A DNA stretch of 64,000 bases from Raillietiella orientalis (Eukaryota): positions 248,001-312,000 of the forward strand of contig JAYWIR010000016.1 in the NCBI GenBank assembly GCA_036172245.1. The letters are read 5' to 3'. The notes under the pieces are model-generated. The model worked only from the letters and a program-made list of their open reading frames with translations, did no database searches and had not been told where the DNA came from. Made by a program: the position numbers and the translations under genes. Shown here one piece after another: positions 1 through 11,498 of the stretch (positions are counted from its first letter, which is position 1; each line of letters starts with the position of its first letter).

Positions 1-39
1 GATGGGGGCCGCGAACGCGTTCCAATCGCGGCCCCCATC
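1..39. repeat. Perfect 14-bp inverted repeat (hairpin) at the window edge
   Basis: gatgggggccgcga (1-14) pairs with tcgcggcccccatc (26-39) around an 11-nt loop. Confidence 0.85.
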
Positions 40-1384
40 CTCCGTTTTCCCTTGCTAGGAGCGAGGGATGCCGGAAGGGCAGTCAGATGCAGAGCGAGGC
101 AAGGGGGATGGAGGAAGCCTCGCCTCCGTCCCGGGCCCAGGGCTGGAGCAGAAGTCGAGAAGCTCCGTCTGCCTGGAGGGACCTCTGGAGCGAGCCGTCC
201 TTCGACTCTTGCTCGAGGTCCCTCCTTCGGGAGCAAGCGGGATCCCTTCGTGGCTCGATCCCGGGCGACCTCTTGATGCCCAGTCGGGTTCCGGGAAAGG
301 TGCATGGGCGATTCCGAAGAATGGAGGGGGAGGGGGTGTGATCCCACCGCGCGCGGCGAGGTCTCCCTCCAGGGGATCTTTCACACGAGTTCAGAGACGC
401 TCGCGCCAACGATCGCTCGCTTCCCGCCTTTCCCACCGGGAGCGGTCGGGGCCCTGAGTTTCTCTCTACCGATGCTCTCGCGATGCGGACGCGTGGGCGG
501 ACGCGACCGCCTTGGGGGTGTCGTTTCCGCGAGCGACACGACCCCGACCTTTTCCGGAGGAGGCACAGGGGCAGCGTCACCCCTCGTTTCCCGAGTTGTG
601 AAGCCCGCGGTTTCTGTAAACGCCGGCCACCATGGCTACGGCCACCTCCTTACTCGTACCTGCGTGGGGGCGGTAGGATGCGGGAAACCAGAGGGTAGGG
701 ACAGGGGAGGAGGGAAAAGTCTCTTCTTTGGCGCGAGAGCTGGGTGGGTATGCGAAGTGGGTGGGTATGGACAGTGACGGTGACTTCATCCCGAGGGGTC
801 CCCCACTCCTCTGGCAGGATTGCGCGTCGGGGTGTTGCGTATCAACGCCGCGGTCCCGGTCGGCAGCGTCCACAACTCCGCCGCGGGCCTTTAGCAGTTC
901 CCCCTCATCGTTGTGCACCGTCTGCAGGCAATGAGGTCAGTTTGGAGCCGAGTCCAGCTTTCCGACCGGGACGAGAAACCATGGCGACCCCTCTGGAGCG
1001 GGGAGAAGGAGGGGGAACCATGCTCGGAGGTGACGACCGGAGCAGACTCTCCGGGCGACCGACGGATCGGCGCATTCTCAGATTCCGCGGGTCGGCGGCG
1101 ACTCCGCTGCTGCTGCGACCACCTAGTGCACACAGCGCCGCCGCCGGCGCCACGCCTCCAGGTGCTCCCCTAGGGAAAGGAGAAAAGTGGAATCCCTACA
1201 AGGGAGCATCCCGGACTGCGGCAGCGCATTCGGAGGCGTCCCGCTCCCAGGACGGAGTGCCGCGGCTCCCGGAATATGCTCCTGGTGGTGGTGCGAGCCT
1301 TCTCAGTCTCGAGGGTGTCGAAGTCCCAAGACGGGATGCGACAGGTGGCAGGCCGACGTCACTGGGTAACCAGTCACTGCTCCA

Positions 1385-1570
1385 GTCTCCTCTTCCCCTT
1401 CCTACTGCTGCTATCGCCGCTACCACTGTTCTCTCCTGCTGCTACCACCCTCCTCCTCCTCTTCCTGCTACTATGACTACTGATGCTGATGCCGTACTCT
1501 CGCTTCTACCATTCTTCTCGTTTTCCTTCTATTACTATCCCTTCCTTCTTTCTTCCTCCTCCTCCTCCTG
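1385..1570. repeat. Degenerate trinucleotide microsatellite (CTA/CTG/CTC/CTT)
   Basis: cctactgctgctatcgccgctaccactg..cctcctcctc. Its position fits the 3' tail of the minus-strand LINE fossil. Confidence 0.6.
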
Positions 1571-3130
1571 GGATTCCGACTCCTTCCTGCTCCGCGTCTG
1601 GCCGCAGCCAGCTTACCCCTCGCAGCAGGGGACTTCAACATCCGCTTGCTCTGAATCGAAGCGCATCCCTCCTGATCCTACGCTCGAACGGCAGCGGGAA
1701 CCGGTTGGCGCACCGCGAATCTGTTGGCAGGCAAAGCCGCGGAGTGTGACTCGATCGACCGCGAGCGTTCCTCGACGGTCACCTGCGTTCGCAGGTGGCG
1801 CGCCGAGGGAGAACATGGTCGATCCTGTCAAATCACTCCAGGGACCGAGCCGAAGCTGGTGGAGCCCTAAGGCAGAGATTCGCAGGATGCCTGAAGTCCG
1901 GATCGACCACCCGGAAGTCCGGGAAGAACTCAAGGCTTTCCCGGCGGGCTGCTCTGTTGACATGGGACAGACCGGGATCGCATTTAGGGATTCCCTGCTC
2001 CCCTCCTTCCAACGACCCTGTCTACATCTTGCCCCGGCAGGCTTTGTCGAAGGGTCGGGTCGCAGGGCATTCTCCCTTCCGGCCCACACTTTCGTCAGAC
2101 TCGCCTGGAGGAGCGCGCCGCGTGGGCGGAGAGGCAGACCTGGCAGTCGGGTGCAGCAGGCCTGCCAAACTCCGGTCGGCCAAGTAGGCACCTCGCCCAA
2201 GCCGCCCGGCGCGCGACTGCCGTTCTCAGCCAGGAACAAGGGAGCCTCCAGGAGAGGGCTATAGCATCTGGCAAGGTGCCAGAGGTGGCTTCTCGCCGAC
2301 TGGTGACACCTCCGCGGCCGGCAATCAGCGATGGCCCCATATTCCAGCTTCTCCCTGCCGCCGTCCCTCTGGCGCACTTGGAATGTTGGACCAGCAGTTC
2401 CGTGGTCGACTGCTGTCGCTTTCAGCAGCTCCGGCGCGCCGCCTTCCTTCTTGCACGACCTCGCACCGAGGCGTGTCCCCGCAAGGAACCTGACAATGCC
2501 GGAAGCCTCGGCTGAAAGGTCCACCGCCTACCGCCGCCGTAGCAAGTGGGTGCGGTATGTCATGGCGCTGTTTCATGGGTGTTCGTTTGCCAACAGCCCA
2601 CGTGCAAAACCGCGCGTTCCAGGCAAGCTGCCGATTCCAGGCAAAGGTGGACACCAAGGGGCGACCTGTGTCCCCGAACGAGGAATCGGTGCTGTCATGC
2701 TCATCCCGCAGCGTCGATCGCGGCGGCTACGATCTGGGAGAAGTCCGAATATGTGGAGAGGGTCAGGGATCAGCTCCCGAAGGATTGTGCAGCTCCGGGG
2801 TCCTTGTTCGCCCTCTCGCCGATGCGGGAGGGCGCGAGTTGCTGATGCTCGGCGAAACCCAGAACGGCTCTGCGGTTGCCTCGTCGGTCGGTCTCCTTAG
2901 ATGTGCAAGGCGACTCGGGGAGGAGAGCAATATCGAGATGTCGCCGCCTCTCCGCTCGGTCCCCATCCCGAGAGACCGCCGGCAGCATGCTGGCGGCAGG
3001 TGGGCTTCTGCCACTGCACTCCCTTCCAGGAGGACGTTGGATGCTGGATGTTGTCCTTTGCTTTCCAGAACGGCGGAAGGCAAAAGAGGTCTCGCCGATC
3101 CCCAGCACCCGAGGAAGCGGCTGCGCGGCA
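1570..3130 (-). mobile_element. Decayed non-LTR retrotransposon, RT region (I-group-like)
   Basis: Minus-strand remnants follow RT order and spacing: V..EGSAV (cf. VPQGS), GGDISIL (cf. YADDI), frameshifted R.LGV..RQLAW, GIVRFLAGTRLGA (cf. ILR.L.G..WGA), KLEYGAI. A degenerate trinucleotide tract follows at 1385-1570. Recognised by eye only. Confidence 0.45.
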
Positions 3131-4325
3131 GGGCGGTCTTCCCACCAGCGTTGTGGGGGGGGTTGGAATCCCCACGTGGAGGATCGACGCCGAGAAATGG
3201 CTGCGTCGTGGGATTCGAGTCCCCCCTCCCCCTTCCTCTTCGCAAGATGACGCTGGTTGGCTTCGGCTGTGGCACTGGAGGAATCGTCAGTTGGGGTGCT
3301 CCCACCGTTCCCAGTGCTGCCAGATCCCTTCGGACATCGGAGGGGACCCTGACCGCGACTGCCGGCGGGAACGCGTGGCCACTCCGTGGTCGTCCACGCG
3401 GCCTCTGCGGCCGGCGGCCGATGCCGCGTGGACAGTGACTCGAGGGTCCGCTAGAGACCCCTTGCCGCGGCCCCGAAAGGGAGCTCACGTGCCCCGTTGC
3501 GATGAGAAGGAGCTTCATCTTGTCGCGGTTGCCAGGCTGCAGACGGACTGGTCTCTGGCCGCCGGTCTCGCAGCGAAGGCTGGCGCAAGCGGTGAGGCTC
3601 CAGGCACCATCATTCGCCGCACCCTGTTCGCGGCGCACGGCCAGAGATCGATCCCTCTTTGCAAAGGTGCCTCCCCCTTCCGACCCCCCTGCGAAGGACC
3701 GCCGCTGGTTCCTGCCTCGCTTCGTTGGGGGGAAAAGCAACATAGGGGGTAGAGGGGCGTTGTACCGAGCGTCGCGGGAGAAGGAAGGACCGGCGCCAGA
3801 GGAATGGAGGGTGAAAGGTTTCGAGCCCCCCTCACCCCCACGGGGTGACCCATTGGACTGCGGCACGGGTGGAAGCCGGATGTCCCCCTGTTGACTGACG
3901 AGGATCGGAAGTGGACCCTCCAGGGTCCTTCCGGAAATCGAGAAGCCCTTCGGAGTTCTCCTCCGACTGAGGAAGGGAGCCGTGGAGCTGGTCGATACCC
4001 CCCTCGAGGGGCGCCTCTCCAGAGTGTCGAGAAGCGCGCCGCTCCCTTCGGGGAGCGCCCCTCAGGGAATTGGGAAGCGTCCCTTCGGAGCGGCTCTCTT
4101 CAGAGAAGGAGGAAACAGGGAGCGGTTCCTTTGCGGGAGTCCTTCGGGGGAGAACAAGGAAGAGGAGGTTCCCTTTGGGGTTTCCTTCCGAGAGTGAGAG
4201 GAACGGACTGCTTCCTCTAAAGTCTTCCTGGATCCAGGGAGCGGTTTCCTCCCGGAGTACCCGCTACAATTTGAAGAGTTTCACGCACCCTCGGGCGGCG
4301 TGGATGGGGCTGAAGAGCTCTGTGA
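2927..4325 (+). repeat. Left arm of a 1399-bp inverted repeat
   Basis: Reverse complement of 7730-9128. Mirrored ORFs give identical translations (e.g. 3502..3894 + and 8161..8553 -). One substitution was noticed (ccttcggggg vs ccttccgggg near 4146). Confidence 0.97.
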
Positions 4326-4410
4326 CCCTCCTCCTTAAGGGGACATACGGCTCTTTAGCACCCTTTGAGAACCAAAAACGAAAAAAAAAGAAGCTGGAAG
4401 AGGGGATGCG
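3130..4410 (+). mobile_element. Diverged, longer copy of the same SINE-like repeat (partly duplicated in inverted form at 7730-8925)
   Basis: Shares collinear blocks with 11499-12200: agcgttg..gggtt(g/c)gaatccc..ggatcgacgccga, gctggttggc, gttgactg, gaagcgcgc..ctcccttcgg, ggaggaaacagggag, gagaggaacgg, ttgagaaccaaaaa, aagctggaag. It carries about 550 bp of extra sequence at ~3285-3815. Confidence 0.55.
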
Positions 4411-7400
4411 CACGTAGGATGCTGCTTCGCCTCGGAGGTCGGCCGGAGCGCGCACACGGAAGCTTCATGGAGAGCCCTGGGGATGGGGAGGGGTGCGGGC
4501 CACTCTGCCGGGGGATTACTTCTGGAAGCTATGGACCCTCTCCTTCTTCCCTCTCTCCCTCCATGCAGAGGGGGGGAATGCTCTTTCACCGGTCGGGAGG
4601 TGCCGCACTGCTGCTCGCGGGCTCCTTCACCTCCATGCCCCCCTTTCCAGCCTCCAGGGAGCGCGGCAGGATCCTGCGCGCCTTCACCACCGCGGCCGAT
4701 CTCGGCCGTGGTGCCTGGCCTCTGCCGCGGAGGGGGGGAGACGAATTCGAGGTGCTCACGAGGACGCTCGAATTAGGAGGAGACGAATTCGGGAACGAAT
4801 TCGTCCCTTCCTGTACAAGGACGCGCAGGACGGGAGACCCCTTCCTGCGCATCCCTCTCCCACCCCTCACTCCTCTTGTCCTCTTCGCGCGCGCGAAGGA
4901 CAGTCCGACGAAGATCTGCCCCTTCTGCCCCGTTCGGGCATGACCAGGAGCTCGGCGGGAGGGCGCGGAAGATGCCAGTCGACGGTCGGCGCCGGCAGTA
5001 GCAGGCGCCGCCGCTCACTCAACGGGGTCTCCGGCAGCAACGGGGACCGCCCCGCCCCTCCCTCCCTCCTGGTCCCCCTTCCTCTGCTTCCCCGATGGCG
5101 CCAAGCGCCTCATTATTAATAGCGGACGTGCGGTATTTTGGGCACGCTATTTTTAGCAGCGCCCCCTTTGGCCTTTCTCTTGAGCTCCCAGGTTTCCCCT
5201 CCTTCAAGGACAACTCGCGGGCAGAGAGCGCGTTGCTAGGGACGCGGTGGAAGGGAGGAAGGGGGGTGCCCTGCTGCGCGTCCACCACGCTCACCGAGCG
5301 AACCGGGGTGGAGGTGTAGGCCAGATGGCAGCGCGTGCTCGACGGGGGACTGGAGTCGGGACCCTGCTCCCTCGGGACCTCCGCCCCTCGAGCGAAAGCG
5401 CCGCCTTTTCCGTAGAAGGCCGGCCCTCCCCCGGCTCCCACCCGGTAGGGTTGAGTGGTCACGACGAACACCTCCCAGGCCACATCCGGTGGAAGAGGGA
5501 AAGCAGGAACGGAGGGAGCGCAGCTTTGAGGAGGAGGCAGGTCTCCGGGGAAGGCCACGGGACTTCCTGCCCCCCCTCCCCCCCCTAGCGCTCCTTTTTT
5601 CGCCAAACCCTCCCTCCGCAAGTAGGTCCCTGGCGCGCATCGCTTCCTGAGGATGCGAGGGGATCGCAGGTTCAAGGTTGAAGCCCCTCCCTACGATGGA
5701 GGGAGATTTCTCCTCGGGGCTTGTGACCTCGTCGCAGCGCCCTTGGGTTCCGCACTCCCCTTCCGGACGTCATTCTACCCCCCCCCCCCCCCCCCCTTTT
5801 TTTTTTGAGCGCGCACCTATGAAAGGAGCAGTGGGGGAAGAGGAAGGATCTCGTCGCCACCGCCAGCGGGCACTGAGACAGCATCCGTCCGACCGTCCCG
5901 GCGTCGACAGAAATCCTCGGGACCCCAAACTCTCCAGGAGAACGACCGTGAAGGAAGGTCACCCGGGGGGAACTTCCTTGGAGGAGGCACGGGATCTGGG
6001 GTGGGAGTCAGAAAGACTGGGGCGGGCAGGGCGGATCTCCGCCCTTCCGGGTCCCCCGACCCACTCCACTCCCCTACCGCCACACTGCTTTCCTCCGCGG
6101 ACGCGCGCTCCTTTCCCGGGAACGCCGCACGACCCTTCTTCCCTTGCCTCCAGCCCGGACGGGGGTCCAGGGGGCTGCTCGAGGCCGAAACGGGTGAAGA
6201 GAGGGGGAAAGGAGGTTCTACGAGGGGACGCGTAGGGGCGCCGCTATCGTCCCCGAGCCGCAGAGCCCTCCAGGCGGCGGCAGAGGTGTCCCCCTCCCGA
6301 GAGGGTCTCGAGCGGGTTCGGCCCGCGGTGCGAAAGGAAAGGGGTGGTGGGGTCCAGGGGCAGCGTGGTGTGGGTGAGGAAGGGAAGGGGGGCGAGCTGC
6401 GAGCCGGGGAGCAGCGGGGAGGGGTAGGGAACCGGCGAGGCGAAAACCGCGGTCTCACGTGTGCGCGTGGGGAAGGAGGGGAGGAGGGGGACGAGGCCAG
6501 GACGTGCCAAAGGCCCCTAGAGGGCAGATCGAGGGGCGGATTGCCTGACGGTAGGCAGCAGCAAGGGGCGTCCGGGGAGCCATCCCGGGAGGGGAGGGGT
6601 CCTCGAGGAGCGACTCCCAGGAGAGCCTTCCGAGAAGAGCGCAAGCCGGGGGATCGAGGAACGTCCTCCGGGGGGTCAGCTGCCGCTTCTGCCCCCTCCA
6701 GGCGAGTGAGCGATGATCCGCTTGCATCCTGCCGTCTCGCGTGCTGTCCCTCCGGGTTTTCGCGAGTCCGGAAATCCGAGATTCTTCGCCGCTCGGGAAA
6801 TTCCCGGAAGAGCTGGGGGAGGGAAGAAGAGAACAGCAGGATGGTATTTGGGGACTCTCTTGAAAAGTGGGGTGGGAGAGTAGGCCGATCCCCGAGGTGC
6901 TACAGTTCAACCCCGACAAGAGAGCAGGAAGCTCCGCTCGTCCCATGCGCTTCCGAAAAGTAGTTCGAGGTGCCAGCCACCAGATGGGTGGCGTGTCGGA
7001 CAGCAAGCCGATAAGAACGGGTGCTGCCGAAGAAGGGGAGAAAGGGGTGAATCTAGAGGAAACGTTTCTTCACTCCCTCCCTAACCTCCTCCCTCCACAG
7101 TGGGACTCGTGATCGGGAGGAATCCCAGAAGTCCCCACTCTTTGGGACGTGCTGCTCGTTAGAGTTCGGAAACTCTGCCCGCTGCTTCCAGGAACTGCCC
7201 TCCCGCGTCTCACTCTTGTGATCGTGGAAGGGGGGAGGCTCCAAGGGGTTATGTGGCGAATGCCCTAGCCGGTGGATCCAATAAACGTCTTCAGCGCAGC
7301 GCGAGCAACGAGCAACCCGGGAAAGACAACCCCGGAGGTGGCCCTATCTCATCCGCCATTACACTCTTCTTCCTCCCTCCTCCTTCCCTTTGTCGCGAAG

Positions 7401-7729
7401 GTCTCCGCGCCGTTCATCGGATCCCGAGTTCCCGGAGGACCGACGACGCACTTTGGCTTCCGCTCCTCTCCTTCGAACGGCAACGTCCCTCCGACGCTTG
7501 ACCGTCTCCCTCCCGCTTCCGGTGGCGCCAAGGACATCCCTCTCATTCCCAGGGGGAGGGGGCATCCAACACCGGTGTTGCGCACGGAGACCGGAGCCGG
7601 GGAAAATGCACCGCGCAGCCGCGTCTGTCACGCCTAGCCACGGTCGCGCCGTTCTGTCCGTCCGCCTTGCACCCACTCGCTGCACGCGATGGTCCCCTAC
7701 CTGAGAGGCCGAGTTCCTAACAGGGGGGC

Positions 7730-9128
7730 TCACAGAGCTCTTCAGCCCCATCCACGCCGCCCGAGGGTGCGTGAAACTCTTCAAATTGTAGCGGGTACTC
7801 CGGGAGGAAACCGCTCCCTGGATCCAGGAAGACTTTAGAGGAAGCAGTCCGTTCCTCTCACTCTCGGAAGGAAACCCCAAAGGGAACCTCCTCTTCCTTG
7901 TTCTCCCCGGAAGGACTCCCGCAAAGGAACCGCTCCCTGTTTCCTCCTTCTCTGAAGAGAGCCGCTCCGAAGGGACGCTTCCCAATTCCCTGAGGGGCGC
8001 TCCCCGAAGGGAGCGGCGCGCTTCTCGACACTCTGGAGAGGCGCCCCTCGAGGGGGGTATCGACCAGCTCCACGGCTCCCTTCCTCAGTCGGAGGAGAAC
8101 TCCGAAGGGCTTCTCGATTTCCGGAAGGACCCTGGAGGGTCCACTTCCGATCCTCGTCAGTCAACAGGGGGACATCCGGCTTCCACCCGTGCCGCAGTCC
8201 AATGGGTCACCCCGTGGGGGTGAGGGGGGCTCGAAACCTTTCACCCTCCATTCCTCTGGCGCCGGTCCTTCCTTCTCCCGCGACGCTCGGTACAACGCCC
8301 CTCTACCCCCTATGTTGCTTTTCCCCCCAACGAAGCGAGGCAGGAACCAGCGGCGGTCCTTCGCAGGGGGGTCGGAAGGGGGAGGCACCTTTGCAAAGAG
8401 GGATCGATCTCTGGCCGTGCGCCGCGAACAGGGTGCGGCGAATGATGGTGCCTGGAGCCTCACCGCTTGCGCCAGCCTTCGCTGCGAGACCGGCGGCCAG
8501 AGACCAGTCCGTCTGCAGCCTGGCAACCGCGACAAGATGAAGCTCCTTCTCATCGCAACGGGGCACGTGAGCTCCCTTTCGGGGCCGCGGCAAGGGGTCT
8601 CTAGCGGACCCTCGAGTCACTGTCCACGCGGCATCGGCCGCCGGCCGCAGAGGCCGCGTGGACGACCACGGAGTGGCCACGCGTTCCCGCCGGCAGTCGC
8701 GGTCAGGGTCCCCTCCGATGTCCGAAGGGATCTGGCAGCACTGGGAACGGTGGGAGCACCCCAACTGACGATTCCTCCAGTGCCACAGCCGAAGCCAACC
8801 AGCGTCATCTTGCGAAGAGGAAGGGGGAGGGGGGACTCGAATCCCACGACGCAGCCATTTCTCGGCGTCGATCCTCCACGTGGGGATTCCAACCCCCCCC
8901 ACAACGCTGGTGGGAAGACCGCCCTGCCGCGCAGCCGCTTCCTCGGGTGCTGGGGATCGGCGAGACCTCTTTTGCCTTCCGCCGTTCTGGAAAGCAAAGG
9001 ACAACATCCAGCATCCAACGTCCTCCTGGAAGGGAGTGCAGTGGCAGAAGCCCACCTGCCGCCAGCATGCTGCCGGCGGTCTCTCGGGATGGGGACCGAG
9101 CGGAGAGGCGGCGACATCTCGATATTGC
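7730..9128 (-). repeat. Right arm of the 1399-bp inverted repeat
   Basis: Begins tcacagagctcttcagcccc and ends gcgacatctcgatattgc. It is the reverse complement of 2927-4325, with a 3404-bp spacer. Confidence 0.97.
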
Positions 9129-9144
9129 GCTTCTCATCTCTCAG

Positions 9145-9408
9145 GTGGAATTTTTTCCAGCGCCATGCTCGGGCGTTGCTGTCGATTAGATAAACAATCT
9201 GCCATCCTCCGCAACGAGGACAGAATTCGAATCAGCAAATGTTGGCTGGTGGTTCTTCTCTCCAGCATACTTCACTCCCTGCATCTCTCTCTCTCTCTCT
9301 CCCCACCCTCCCCCCCTTTTTTTGTTTTTTCATTTCGCTTTTTTAGACAGCTCGGATTGGAATGCCGCTCGTGAGCGAAGAGCCATTATCTCGAGAACCG
9401 TGATGTAA
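9145..9408 (+). other. Possible pair of small exons of an unidentified gene
   Basis: AT-richer island with strong acceptors (tctctcag 9144, ttttttccag 9160, ttttttag 9346). Joining 9145-9240 to 9347-9408 gives ..MLGRCCRLDKQSAILRNEDRIRISKYSSDWNAARERRAIISRTVM*. The donor is weak and no homology is recognised. Confidence 0.22.
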
Positions 9409-11498
9409 CCGGATAAGGTCCTGCTCTAGCGTGTGATGTATGCTGCTGCCATGGAATCACCTCACGATCTCGCTTCTCCCGTAATCCGTGTAGTTTTCAT
9501 CCGCATTTTCGATGTTTGCCGCACCGCCCATGCCTGCTTCCGTGGCTGGAAGGAAGCGGTTCGCAGGAGAGCTCGCAGGGGAAGAATCGGGAATTTCCGC
9601 TCCTCCGACCGCAGCCGCCTCCTCGCACGCCTCAGACGCAACATCGCCGTGCGACGCAGCTGCGTCCGCTCCTTATATACTGTGCTCTCCTCCGGCGCAC
9701 ACTTTTCCTCGCAGCAGAGCACGAAAACGGCACGCAACAATGCGGAATGAAGTGCGTGGCAGAAGAAGCTCCGCGCAGCAACCGCCGCCGCTCGGCAGGG
9801 TACCCCCCCCCCCTTGGTGGGCACCGTCGGCAGTCCTTCCTGCCACCGCCTCGGTGATTTTTGATTTTCTTTCATTGCGCATGCGCGGTCGTCTCCGTTT
9901 TCGAGCGTCCACCACGGGGTGGAACAGACGCAGAACGCGCTGCACCCGCGCTCTTTTAAAGCAATCAGCCGATGAGGAAACTTTCTCGAAAAGTGCTGCA
10001 AGCGGATGAGGCTATCCTCCCCCCCCCCCTTCCCTCCCTCCTCCGAGAGAAAAGAAGAGGTTTGGCCCACCCCCCTTTGGGGGCTGAGCTTTTTTCCTTG
10101 CTGCACCGCGGAAACGAGAAGAGTCCCGTCGTCAGCGAGGAGCGAGGGACCCATTCGTCCCGTCGGTAAACGGTGACGCCCTAACGAGGGACTTGCGTGA
10201 CATCCAGGAGAGAGAAGGCTCCGGGAGAGGCCGTCGCGCACGCGGAACGTCAGCGCTTCCGCAAGGAAACCCGCAGGCGAGTGTGGCAGCGGTAGCCATG
10301 GGAACCGCGGGGCGAGCAGCCCTGCGCAGGCATCCAGCCGGTGCGCGCGGAGATTTACGTGCGCCGTCACCGGCCAAGGCGGCGAGCGTCTCACGTGCCG
10401 ACGGAGGAATCATTCCTTGCGTTCCCGAAAATGAAAGGATCCCCACTTTTCGTAGTGGGCACGTGGCGTTATTGCCGAGCGGCATGCAATGTGCGTGTTT
10501 ACCAGGCGCGGGTGCGCGCGGCACGGCAGATAGGGGCTTCGAGGGATGGGGGGGAGATGGTTTCTTGGCGTCTCTCATCCGGGCATACTCGAAGAAACGT
10601 TCTTATCGGAATGTCTCCGCAGTAACTTTCACTCGCCGGGGCGGGAGAAGAACCAGGGAGAAAGGAGGGAAGGGCAGGGGAGACGCACTGGCGGCAGTGT
10701 TCCCACCGTCGGAGACGCCACGACATCCGTCGCTATAAATAGCCCCAAGCACGTGGTCGGCCCGCGCGTTCGCCTAGCGCCCTGTATGGGTCCGGCGGTG
10801 CCGCGCGCGGCTGATGGGCGCCACTGCCCATTTCCCTCGATTCCCCTTTTTCCGGTGCGAAGTTCCAGACGGGGTGGGGGGGGGGGGATTCCGCCCCGCG
10901 GCCCTCGTTTTCGGAGCGCTCGCTTTGCAGGAGCTGCCGGCCGCATCCTGAACCGAGGCGACGATGGTCGCCGAGTGGCCTCGCGCGCCTCCTGCAGAGC
11001 AGAGCAAGCGCCCAGGAAGGCGCGTTCCCGATTTCCTCCCTTCTCGTCCCCTCGAGAGTCGAAGGGCCAGCCGGACGTGCGGGAGGCTCCGGTCCAGGTT
11101 TCCCAGGGATGACTACGGCGCTACCCTCGGATCGCGGACCCTCTCCCTCCGACGGCGACTGACGATCCCATCCAGGTTTCCTCCTTCCCTCACCCTTTGT
11201 CCCTCCTCCGCCGCCCACAAACATGTGAGCGTCTCGGCCACCCAGCCGGACTCGTAGGGCCTCTCCCCGTCGTCCGAAGGAGGAGCTGTCCGCTGACTTT
11301 GAAGCGCCCGAGGGCAAGCTCCTGCCCTTCTTCCTACGGCGACACACGTAGCCGCCGCCTTCTCCCCCTCCCCTCCCCCCCGTCTCTACCACCCCGACTC
11401 TGTTGTCGCGCCGGTACCCCAGCTGTAGCAGGTATCGGCCTCGACCACCTCCAGGAGGGGAGGAGGGATGATGCTGAAGAGGAAAAGGAGGGGGAGAT

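Noticed and set aside
744..2264. 506-aa plus-strand ORF
   Set aside because: It spans a degenerate microsatellite and the antisense strand of a LINE fossil.
3890..3945. Hammerhead-like core CTGACGA...hairpin...GAAA inside the inverted repeat
   Set aside because: There is no stem III or NUH cleavage triplet in a valid arrangement, and the homologous copy at ~11695 lacks the core (ctgtga).
3880..4330. Deltavirus/viroid-like endogenous sequence (purine-rich, UUCG motifs)
   Set aside because: No HDV-ribozyme fold, no delta-antigen-like ORF and no rod-like self-complementarity were seen.
4741..4803. Three copies of acgaattcg as a possible CRISPR-like array
   Set aside because: The 9-bp unit has irregular spacing in a eukaryotic context with no cas genes.
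7252..7363. Tiny solo-LTR-like segment (TGT..AATAAA..ACA after a purine tract)
   Set aside because: Only about 110 bp, with no TSD and no second copy in the window.
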